NCBI GenBank assembly: GCA_905178155.1
Contig: CAJINV010000005.1
Coordinates: 798,564-862,563 of the forward strand
DNA length: 64,000 nt
DNA from: Amoebophrya sp. A120
Taxonomy: Eukaryota; Protista; Dinoflagellata
Direction of reading: 5' to 3'
Of this stretch, positions 45,231 to 54,679 are shown in pieces. Position numbers and translations under genes: made by a program. Position 1 is the stretch's first letter. Every line of letters begins with the position of its first letter. The notes beneath the pieces are model-generated. The model did not search any database and was not told the origin of the DNA. It was given only the letters and a program-made list of their open reading frames with translations.

Positions 45231-46382
45231 ACTGTCGTGTTGTTTCTACGCCAGGTAAGCGACTTCTCTCGGCTCTCGAAATCTACACGATTGTCATCGT
45301 ACAATCCGATAATATTATCGAAGCACGATAAGAAGAAGAACCTAGAAGACATCACGATGATAAACGAGAGCAAATGTAGGGGATTCTCTCTGATGTGTCG
45401 TGAAACAAGAGTATCTCTACTCTCCGTCTCGGTCGAGTCGAGGAGATCGACGTCCAAACGCTCACGACACGTCCGAAACAACACGAAGACAAGTCCTGCC
45501 ACGGCGAAATGGCGTTCTACTTCTACGATTGCGCGATAGGTCCTTTCGTGGGTAAATTTGTCTTTACGAAGCAGCGTTCTTCAGTACAACTCGGAAGATA
45601 AACAGAAATTCAAATTCACTATGGTCTGATCGATCTTCAGCAGGGAAGTGGAGTAATGGTTTTCGAAACAGCGTTCGTGAGGAATGAGGAATTGCTCGTC
45701 TCGGCGTAGTATAATTCAACAAGTTTCGTTGTCCCCAGCCATGTAAACGAATTATGAAGCCATCGCACAACAATCTGTATGGCGTACAGATAAGAAGTTC
45801 ATGCGGCTCGTAGTGCTGTTCTCCGTGCAAAAAAATAGTCCGGGAACCAGTCACGATGCAGCCTTGGTACACATCAACTCTCGACCTTCTTCAACGCGCC
45901 CTGGTACACTGCCATGCTCCCGCTCAGCTTCACTTCTATCCTATCCTCTTGCCCGAGAGGCACTGCGCCAACAATCACCACATTGCACCGGTCGTCGACT
46001 TCGCTGAGGCTGTCGTCCAGATTCCAGGTCGGCCAAATTTTCCGCATACCGGTTCGGGCGTCCTCCGCGAGTCCCTGTGTCGTTATCGCGACGATAGCGC
46101 TTCTGTGCACCGGGGCTGTGGAGGTGGTCGTAAGAACATCCTCGTCTTTGATACCCAATGAACTGCGGAGAGAGCCGAAAAAGGCAGTCGCTTTTGCAAT
46201 GTTCCTTTCCTCGAAGGTGTGCCAGGTCTCGCTTCTCGTCGGGCGGCGCGAGCGACACAGGGGAAGGTTCCGAAACCACCTCTGGAAAAACCCTGTTATC
46301 CAGTATGTGCTTCAGAAAATTGGAAAGTTGGAATCAGTGGCTCTTCTAGAAGTAAAGAAAACTTCATGCGGAAAAAGGATAA

Positions 46383-47695
46383 GAGCCCGTACGATTAATC
46401 GACCCCCTTCTCGGTACCGAGAAGGGGGGGGTAGGTATGGTCGGTCGTCCGGCCTCCCCAAAAGTAGCCGACTCAGTCTAGCTCAATTCGCCGCCAAATC
46501 CAAAACGTGAGCGCGGAGCTTCCCCTCCCATAGCGCCAGGGATTAGGACTTGGCAAGTTTAAAGAGTATGGTTGTGCGCTGGTCGTGCGTTCTTATTGCC
46601 GTGCGCTAGCGTGGTTGGCTAGTAGCGTGGTTTCCACGTATACCCAGCGCGGTTTCTAATTCTATTTCTGGCGCAGCCACTTCTAAAAAGCCAGAGCAGA
46701 AATAAGCAGAAATCGCCACGCCGGCGCTGTCGTGGCTGCCGCTCCGGCTCCGCGACTGACTTCTAGTAGTTCTGATCCGACTGCGACTTGATTACCACCC
46801 TAGAACCAAACTAGAGTCAATAAGTAGGAGCGCCAGAAAATAATGAAGCTGAAGACCGCCCGCATTCGCACTTATCCATCTACTACACACTGCAAAGCAA
46901 AACCCCACGCGGAGGAGGTAGGCGCCCACTTTGAACCGAGCCGCGCTGCGTAATTTTAAAGAAGCCGAGCGGGCGCACTGGGGCAATGGCAAAAGTTGTC
47001 TCCACTCTCCTACTGCGCTTCGGTGACTTTTTTTCAAGAGGTGCGGCCTTTCAAGAAGAGGAACAAGAGGGGCGGAGCGTTTTTCGAAAGAAGCGCAAAT
47101 AAGGCCTATGCCAAAGAAAAGGCCGCAAGCTGCGCCAAAGAATTTCCGAGATCTACGGCAGACTAGATCTGTTCTTGTTTTAGTACACAACAGATCCAAT
47201 CCGCCACGCAGTGGAAAAGTTTTACTGCGCGCGGAGCGCATCCGTTGCGAACTGGCTGCGCTACTGCTCTCCGAAAGATGACGGCCTGATCGTCTTAGCG
47301 AGAACAGTGTGGGACATGGAAGGAAGCAGGTGGCTAAAAGCTGCCGAGCAAGTCGGGCGAAATAAAATTCGCTGGGTTCTGCTTGCTGTAAAAAAAACCG
47401 ACAGAAAGAGCAAAACGCGACACAGTGCGCGGGTTCCGTGTGTGTTTCTCTCGATGCGAGTCATGCTCTAAAGAGCGTTGGGGCCGCGCCTGCGGCCGCG
47501 ATTTTGAAAGCTGAAGAGAAGGAATAGTTGGCGCAAGATGCGCCGTAGCGTCGGCGTTAGGATTCGGAATCGGGGTGCGCGATAAACAGCCCCCCGATTT
47601 CGAGAAGGGGGGCGTTGGGGGGTAAGGTCGGTCAGAATCCGGACTCGGGGGGGCTTCTCGGTATCGAGAAGGGGGTCGATTAATCGTACAGGCTC
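46383..47695. mobile_element. Non-autonomous DNA transposon, PIF/Harbinger-like (1313 bp)
   Basis: ~41-bp TIR gagcc(c/t)gtacgattaatcgacccccttctcg(g/a)taccgagaag; 3-bp TSD taa (46380-46382, 47696-47698); no transposase ORF. Confidence 0.8.
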
Positions 47696-47698
47696 TAA

Positions 47699-49675
47699 TC
47701 AATAATCAAGCCTGGTACACGAAGCTGAGAAGCATGCATCTAAAGGCAAAATACACTTTCCCCCCCGTACCCGCGGTTCGTTCACGACCTGCAGGACAAC
47801 GGCACTGAAAGCCTGCCGCGACGAAAATGCCCAGTTCACGTCGCTCCTGCCGGGACAAAACTCAAACTGCGCTCCAAGTGCTTTGCTGCGCTGCACGAGG
47901 ATCGATTTTGCCACCGGATTCTTGTCGACCGTTATTCTCGGTATAGCCGTTCCTGCGATCTGGCTCTCACTTCCTCCGCTCGTCGACCCTGGTGTCAAGG
48001 ATTCTTCGGCCGCTATTTCTTCTCTGCAGCGATATGGCTCTAATCCAAGGCGCACAACCACCGGCCCACTCCATCTTATGGAAAAGTGCGTCTCCACGCC
48101 TTCAATGCACTTTTTCGTGCTGAAGGTTTCGGCGACTGGCAGCCCCGATATCTGCACTTTGAAAGAATTCGCTGATGCGTCCGGATGCGCCCCGTAGACT
48201 ATCCTCGTCGCGTTGGTGAGCTTTTGATCTGCTTCTGGGTGGAAAGAAAGCAGGTCCAGGAAAAATGTCTGGTCTTCGTCATCGAGTGCGCTGTCCGTCA
48301 CTGCAAGAGCGGCTCGAGAAAGCCATCGCTCCTCGGCTTTTTTCTGGATTGCTCGGATGTGTCTCTGCAGGCCGGAGATGTGAGGGAAGGTCAGGCCGCC
48401 GATAATAACCTCCCTCTGCGGTCGTTTTGCCCCGACGTAATAGCGCTGCAGGGGTGGATGAGCATCAAACAGCTTCTGGCACGTGTCTATCCACGCATTG
48501 TAGGACTCCAGGACGATGTGCTTGCATTTTTTCAACGCCCAGTCCGGAAGGAGAGGGCAAAATTGCACATCCGTTCCTTTGGGGTCGTGCCAGTTGAACC
48601 CTATTGGGCGCGGCGCAGCTGGTGCAATATTCTCGGTCGGAGAAGAAGACGACGAAACACCTCCCGCTTCTTCAAATTCGAGCGTGTATCTGAAGCGCGC
48701 ATTTCTCTCGAACTCCCTCGCAAACCTCCCTGGATCCAGTTTTTCCCACAGCAGATACCCCTCAAAGCCAACCAAAATTTCCTCCAGCTTCTCACTTTCT
48801 TCTTCTATCCGCTCCGCATCCCCACGCAGCACCAGATCCCATGGCTTAATCTCGGCGGCGCCGGAGAAGTGGATGATCTTCAGGTCTTGGAAGTATTTCG
48901 CGGTCTTTGCGTCCGGTTTCGAAAAAGTTTTTGGCTGCATGGCGTTGTACATCTGATGCAGCTGGTAGTTGTAAGCGCAATCCAGGTGGTGCCACCAGTC
49001 CCCAAAAAACCGGCTGATGTAATCCTGCTCGACCGCGTTGCCCTCGATGTGTCCGGGGTAGTTCTCATCCTTGATATTTCCCGCGATCTTCCGAAACAAA
49101 TCCTCGCTCGGCGTAAACAGCATCGTCCCCGCGTTGATTCCCCCTGACTGTCCCCAGCCCGGCTCCCGGTCCGATTTTCCGCGCGGCCCGAAAGACCAGT
49201 AGGAAGCATCAATCTGCGCTCCGTGCGCGCACCGGGCGCGTGGTCCGCGGCGCATCGCCGCGGGGGTCGTAGCTTCAAACACGGAAGTCAGATTGCCGAG
49301 ACACACCATGTCCAGGTCCAAGTGCAAAACCTTGCTATAGCGGTTTTCGAAGTGCTGACTCAAACAGTGGAACTTGCTAAAGACGTACTTAAAGCGCGGG
49401 GTCTTCGCTCCGAGCTTCGCGCAGGCCTGCAAATGGTCGAACTCGTACAAGTCTTGCCAAACCAGACGCAGCTGCGATTTGTGGTTCGCCGGGACGTTTT
49501 TTTCCACGAGGAGCTCCAGTCTCAGTCTTCCCGCGGCAATTTCGTCCTTGTGGTGGTCGCGCAGCGATTGACCGAGCACCAAAGCCCCGAGCACATAATC
49601 GGGATCCGTTCCCCAGATTGTTGCGCACACTGCGACAGGCCTGTTGGCTTGTTCTTCACAGGGCTGCCTCCCCTC
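47699..49675 (-). CDS. GT8 (glycogenin-like) glycosyltransferase plus DUF3223/DeCL-like domain; lacks its own ATG, probable 3' exon of the upstream RdRP gene
   Basis: GT8 motifs YVLGALVLGQSLR, YSKVLHLDLD (DxD), INAGTMLFTPS, EQDYISRFF and KIIHFSG..KPW. DUF3223-like LLSFHPEADQKL...HP...F.V...ETFSTKKCI at ~48100-48270. Confidence 0.85.
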   Translation of the reverse strand, partial: EGRQPCEEQANRPVAVCATIWGTDPDYVLGALVLGQSLRDHHKDEIAAGRLRLELLVEKNVPANHKSQLRLVWQDLYEFDHLQACAKLGAKTPRFKYVFSKFHCLSQHFENRYSKVLHLDLDMVCLGNLTSVFEATTPAAMRRGPRARCAHGAQIDASYWSFGPRGKSDREPGWGQSGGINAGTMLFTPSEDLFRKIAGNIKDENYPGHIEGNAVEQDYISRFFGDWWHHLDCAYNYQLHQMYNAMQPKTFSKPDAKTAKYFQDLKIIHFSGAAEIKPWDLVLRGDAERIEEESEKLEEILVGFEGYLLWEKLDPGRFAREFERNARFRYTLEFEEAGGVSSSSSPTENIAPAAPRPIGFNWHDPKGTDVQFCPLLPDWALKKCKHIVLESYNAWIDTCQKLFDAHPPLQRYYVGAKRPQREVIIGGLTFPHISGLQRHIRAIQKKAEERWLSRAALAVTDSALDDEDQTFFLDLLSFHPEADQKLTNATRIVYGAHPDASANSFKVQISGLPVAETFSTKKCIEGVETHFSIRWSGPVVVRLGLEPYRCREEIAAEESLTPGSTSGGSESQIAGTAIPRITVDKNPVAKSILVQRSKALGAQFEFCPGRSDVNWAFSSRQAFSAVVLQVVNEPRVRGGKCILPLDACFSASCTRLDY

Positions 49676-49694
49676 CTGTTTGGTTAAGATTGAT

Positions 49695-52600
49695 TCAGCT
49701 GAAGCATATCACTGAAGGTGAAGATGACACCAGAGAAAACATCACCCACTGTACGCAAAAGAAATGCAGGCATGACCTACATAGATGGAACTTACGTGCA
49801 CTAGTACTACGGTGAGAAATTGACTCAAACATCAACGCTGTTCTACTTACCAGCTCGCCGGGGCCCGTCGCGGCCTTCTCAATTCTCACAGCGATCGGCC
49901 TGGTGCAGTTGGGGCAAGTTGTGTTTGCTTGCAGTGTCCGCTCCTGACATGGCAGAACCTCTAGCGGAAGGCTCCTCATCGCATGCAGGGTGTACGGCTG
50001 TTCCGTCTCTTCATCAAGGCTGGGCATACCATGTGCGGCGTGAGATTTGTCACGAGCATTCGACTCGACGACGACTTGCAATGCGTTTGGCGACAGGTTC
50101 GTGTGTACCACCCTGAGCTCTCCAGCAGGAGCTGCGGTGTAGTTGTAGGTCGTATCTTCAGTCGGGTACTGCAAAGGAACAGCGACACTAGATTGCTGCA
50201 TTGCGTGCGGAAGCGGATTTGCCACTGCTCGGATCCGAAGTTTTGCTAAATCCTCTGCGAAGAAGTAAAAGACCGCCTTCAGCTCGTCCCAACCGTTGAA
50301 GGGACTCGGATTCGCGTTGCTTGGGGCGATGTTCCCGAGAACGCTTGAGCAAGCCGCTCGCAACAACGAAAGTAGCAACGCAGGGTCACCTCGGTGATTC
50401 TGAAACTCGTTGTCGGTGAGAGAAAACATGTAAACTCGTTGCTTCCCGTCACGATCGTCGGCTTTCGCCGCGCTTTCGACTTGTTGATACTGCTCCGTGC
50501 ATTTTTTCAAAAACAGCCTGCTTCCCTCTTCCGCGCGCGCGTTCGTGGCAGTGGTCGACGGCACGCCAGCCACTTGACGGCAATCGTAGTTGCTCAGAAA
50601 CCGCTCGACCGACCAGCTACCTCGCTCCGACGCGATGCTGCCCCGGCGAAACATCTTGTCGTAAAGCGGCCTCTTATTTTCGTATATCTTCCTCCCGCGC
50701 TGGTAGAGCCTGCCCAGTAGCCGGCCGCTCTGGTATGCCTTGTCATCTGGCTTGCGCTTTGCCGCAGCGTAGTAGTCCGGAAATTTTTTCGGATGGGCGG
50801 CGTACCCGGCTTTAGGCAGCCCGACCAGATCCCGCACGCGCTGCTCTTGCGCTGTGCTTAACTTGTTGTCCAGGCTGCACTTGAACAGCTTCGCAAGGGA
50901 CAGTGCCTTCAAAGTACCAAAATCGTTACGATCGACCTCCACTAGCCACTCGCCGTACAGCAAACCGGTGCGCTTGTCGTCGACGCACTTCTGGCAAATT
51001 TCGGCGCAGAGCTGTGCTGCCAACCCGGCTTCCGCTTCCCTTTCCAACTGATCCTCTGCTCGGCCCTCCAGGATGCGAACCATCTGGTCGTGTTTGTCCT
51101 GCTCCCCTCGTCTCAACGACGGTTCCCGCCTGACTGGCGGCAGGAGGGAGAGGATGCGGCTGTCGAAGGTAAACGTCGGCCGGTCCCCATCTTGGTCGCC
51201 GGACATCAGCACAGCATCGCAGTCGCCCACCGCGTCCTCCGGTGCAGCGCAGGTCAAGATGTTCTTCGTTGCAAAGCGCGCCGGCGTCGCGCCTTGATTT
51301 GCCACAGCGTCGCGCACGAGCAAATCGTCAGGCGTCACACTCGGCGGGCGGCAAATGGCTACGCGGCGGCTCCCGATCGCGCTTCCGTTGCAGTTGAAAC
51401 TCACCTCGCCATGCTTCAACGTTCGTGACCAGTCCGGCTCCATAAAGGCGGTATAGGTGTCTGCCAGGTAGGCTCGCCCCACCCCCGTGCCCTTTATGAG
51501 GAAGGGGGCGAGCCTGCGATTGTTGAAGTACCTGCATCCGAGCACTTGCAGAATCGGCGGGTCGGAAAAGTCGAAGCCGGCGTCGAGGAGTTTCGCCATG
51601 AAATCCAGCTCGTGACGCCAGTGCCCGGAGGTGAACTTCTTCTGCTCTTCTTCCACAGCGGCCCTGAATGTGCCCGCATCCTGCATGACGCGGTAGATCT
51701 TCTCGAGCTCTTCATCCTGCAGGGCTTCCAACACCCTCTGCAACTGCTCTTTGTTCTCGACGCCAACGTGGTACTCGAGCAGATTCACGAACTCGCGACT
51801 GATCCCGTCCTCCCGCGGCTTAATGTCGGAAACCGACACTCCCGCTGGTTTCAGTTCAAAAGTCCGCTCGCGATCGGAGGAGCGCGGCAAGGAAGCCCAC
51901 GGAATTTCGCACTTCGTCATCTCGTTCGCGAGATACAAGTTTTCGTCACTGTCGTCCCCATTCACCACCCACGTACCCTTGGCCAGGCCGATCTTGAACC
52001 TGCCCTGAAACGCGCTCGGAACGTAGTCCAAGCCGTACTCGCGCGCGATGCGTTTCGCCAAGGCACGCCCCATTTGCGAGGCGCCCTCCGTCTGACAGGA
52101 ACCACTTCTGCTGAACAGGTCGTCGATCTGCTTGATATTGTTTGCCGGAATGCCCACCGTAGGAACCGCCGTTGACATGCAAATTTTCTGAATTCGCTTG
52201 TCCAGCGTCTTCGCTTTTCGTAACCGATCAACCTCGAGCGAGTTCCCGCCCGTCATGTAGTGGAGAATGTCACTGATCGTATACGGCTGCATCGTCCCTC
52301 GGGCACACGTTTCCGCGAAAAACCAAACATCTGCGACGTTTTTGAAAAGTGTGCCGGAGACAGATGACGTCGTCGCCCTGGAGACGGTGCTGGAAGACGA
52401 GGCCGCACTTCTGATGGTGCAGGCCGAAGCTGTGGTGGTGTCCAAGCTGCTGGTGGTCCCGAGAAAACCAGATGAGGCATCGTCGCCCTTGCCGTCCTTA
52501 TCGCTGTCGCTTTTCTTGCACAGCGGAACCCAGGTCCGGCCGAGGAGTTCCATTTGCTTCGGAATCCATTTGTACGAATCATCTGGCCCGGTAAGCGATA

Positions 52601-53732
52601 CCCGGAGAAACCGGTCTTTGCCAAAAATCGTAAGCAAGTGCTTCTCACTGTTCTCCGCCTGCGTGTTGCCCACTTTCAAAATCTCCAGCTCCGGCTGACT
52701 GTAGTGGTTCGTCTGTCCGGTGATGCTCATGGTTGCGGTAAAGATGGGCTGACCCTTTCGCTGCGCTGCCGTTGTTCCAATAGCACGGTCCGCAGCGATG
52801 AACTTCCCATGTCCACAGAAAGTTGACTCGAACTTTCGCTCCTGAACCTCGGTGGTTTTTACGATGTCGGCTGCGCACTCGATTAGATGTCCGGCGCCAG
52901 AGGTACAAGATGAACTTGATGTAGCGCTCTGCACCGCCGCTCCCGGTGCTGGCGGCAGGAGGTCCGATGGGGTAGAGGCCCGCGTGACTGTTTGCGCGTC
53001 GGAGGGGTCTCGCATGATGGTCAGGGTGCTGACGTTGACACTGTCCTCCTCCAGCCGCGGAATTTCCGATAATTCGCTCGCGGTTGGGGTTGGCACGGGT
53101 GGGGGTGCAGGCGGTGCTGGTTCTGCGACGACGCCACTGGACACACCCTGGCCGCCGGCAGCAGCAGCATGGATGCGATTCCCCGGCTCGTTCTGCGAAA
53201 TGGAAATCGACAAGGAACTCGAGCTGCTCGCATTTGAGGCAGACGTGCCTGAGAGCGCGGCCGCTCCGCGCGAGGAGCAGCGGAAATTAATGAGCTGGAT
53301 CTCCGGAAAACTGGACTGCTCGTGAATGGCGGAGGCGGCTTTCCAGTCCTCGGAGAACGCAGTGCGCTCTTTGATCTTACTCCAAAGATTTTTGGCGAGG
53401 TCTACCTCTTTCAGTTTTTCCAGCAGGGCGACCTCTTTCACCGGCGTTCGGCCTCGCAGGTAGACCGCAACGTAAAAACGCCCAGCGGCTCCTGCGTCAG
53501 ACAGCTTAAATCGCTCCGGACATTCAGTAACCCGCACGGCGCGATCCAACACGAACAGTGAGCCGAGTGGAGAACGCGCCTCGCTCCTGCATTTCTTAAT
53601 GTAGATAAGCCGTACCGTGTCCGCAGGGGGGTCAAGCTCAACATGGACGCCGTACCTACGCAGTTCTTTGCACAGCTCATGCCAGTCGTAGGCATACGCA
53701 TGCCCTTCCTTCATCATCGAAGTACTCGACAT
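49695..53732 (-). CDS. Eukaryotic-type RNA-dependent RNA polymerase, copy 2, with C-terminal GRF-like Zn ribbon
   Basis: Motifs FGKDRFLRV, PSAFQGRF..AKGTW, EPDWSRTLKHGEV, VAICRPP and the catalytic MSGDQDGD (~51180-51207). C-terminal CPNC...GP...RKFHLCRSCLHFF..W. Confidence 0.88.
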   Translation of the reverse strand: MSSTSMMKEGHAYAYDWHELCKELRRYGVHVELDPPADTVRLIYIKKCRSEARSPLGSLFVLDRAVRVTECPERFKLSDAGAAGRFYVAVYLRGRTPVKEVALLEKLKEVDLAKNLWSKIKERTAFSEDWKAASAIHEQSSFPEIQLINFRCSSRGAAALSGTSASNASSSSSLSISISQNEPGNRIHAAAAGGQGVSSGVVAEPAPPAPPPVPTPTASELSEIPRLEEDSVNVSTLTIMRDPSDAQTVTRASTPSDLLPPAPGAAVQSATSSSSCTSGAGHLIECAADIVKTTEVQERKFESTFCGHGKFIAADRAIGTTAAQRKGQPIFTATMSITGQTNHYSQPELEILKVGNTQAENSEKHLLTIFGKDRFLRVSLTGPDDSYKWIPKQMELLGRTWVPLCKKSDSDKDGKGDDASSGFLGTTSSLDTTTASACTIRSAASSSSTVSRATTSSVSGTLFKNVADVWFFAETCARGTMQPYTISDILHYMTGGNSLEVDRLRKAKTLDKRIQKICMSTAVPTVGIPANNIKQIDDLFSRSGSCQTEGASQMGRALAKRIAREYGLDYVPSAFQGRFKIGLAKGTWVVNGDDSDENLYLANEMTKCEIPWASLPRSSDRERTFELKPAGVSVSDIKPREDGISREFVNLLEYHVGVENKEQLQRVLEALQDEELEKIYRVMQDAGTFRAAVEEEQKKFTSGHWRHELDFMAKLLDAGFDFSDPPILQVLGCRYFNNRRLAPFLIKGTGVGRAYLADTYTAFMEPDWSRTLKHGEVSFNCNGSAIGSRRVAICRPPSVTPDDLLVRDAVANQGATPARFATKNILTCAAPEDAVGDCDAVLMSGDQDGDRPTFTFDSRILSLLPPVRREPSLRRGEQDKHDQMVRILEGRAEDQLEREAEAGLAAQLCAEICQKCVDDKRTGLLYGEWLVEVDRNDFGTLKALSLAKLFKCSLDNKLSTAQEQRVRDLVGLPKAGYAAHPKKFPDYYAAAKRKPDDKAYQSGRLLGRLYQRGRKIYENKRPLYDKMFRRGSIASERGSWSVERFLSNYDCRQVAGVPSTTATNARAEEGSRLFLKKCTEQYQQVESAAKADDRDGKQRVYMFSLTDNEFQNHRGDPALLLSLLRAACSSVLGNIAPSNANPSPFNGWDELKAVFYFFAEDLAKLRIRAVANPLPHAMQQSSVAVPLQYPTEDTTYNYTAAPAGELRVVHTNLSPNALQVVVESNARDKSHAAHGMPSLDEETEQPYTLHAMRSLPLEVLPCQERTLQANTTCPNCTRPIAVRIEKAATGPGELVSRTALMFESISHRSTSARKFHLCRSCLHFFCVQWVMFSLVSSSPSVICFS

Positions 53733-54679
53733 CTTTTAGAAAAAATTTGCAGACGCTATTCCTATCACGAGAAAAAAAACACAAAAAAGCAGAGCCCCGG
53801 CTTGCCGCTAGTAGTGGAGGCCTCGTGCCAATAACCGGCTCATCTTTGCACATGAGAGTCCCAAGAAAAGACGCACTAATCTTGATGTAATTGTTCAGAA
53901 GTCTTTGTCTCAGTCTGTTGTGCGAAATGCATCGAAACAACCTGCTGGTCATTGTCATTGAACTGTGCAATTTCAAAGTAACTGAGACAAAAATCCCATG
54001 CACGATGACTTGCCATGAGACTACCCTGGAGAACAAGTTTCGCATCGTATTTCCTGGACCACAAGATCAGAGTTGTGCCTTTCCCTTGTAGTTATTCTGT
54101 CACTATTTATTGCGTCCTCATATCGGTGATCCAAAAACAAAACGCGCTCAGACACATTGCAAAGACACCAAAATCTTTTCATCGGTGACGAGAAGTAAAA
54201 GTCTACTACGTCAGAATTAACTTATGTTTACACCTTAGAAAAATCCAGAAGCTGCATTGCGGACTCCACATGAATCAGCTACTCCGACTGGCGAAGCCCT
54301 GCTCCACCGCTCTGCAGAGGCGGAGCAACTCGTTTATTCAACTCCTCTGCGGATTGGCACGAGCCTCACACCTTCGCTCCCATGCAACAAGGTTAAGATC
54401 TTCACCCTCACCAATTCCCCTTGGTACCAGTCCATCAGGCTCAGCAAGGGCGCCAAGGGACTCGGGCAACTCCGATATAAACAGGCACGGGGAGATATCC
54501 TTCGTAAAAACGTTTTCCCGCGACCCCAGAGTCATCAAAGGAGACGTCACTTCTTCTGGTACTTAGCAGACAACATATTCAGAAAATCTTTAAAGGAGTC
54601 CACATGACCAATATTCAACACATATCAACATATGCACTTGAGTCGTGCACGAGTAGCTTCGTCCTCCGGAAGGCCAAGA

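Noticed and set aside
17125-53732. RdRPs as an endogenous RNA virus
   Set aside because: The motifs are the cellular double-psi-barrel DxDGD type, not viral palm GDD. No capsid or other viral genes are present.
54496-54535. tatccttcgtaaaaacgttttcccgcgaccccagagtca, resembling a family B end (also tatcacgagaaaaaaa at 53763, family E-like)
   Set aside because: No partner TIR or TSD found. Possibly relics, but not supportable as elements.
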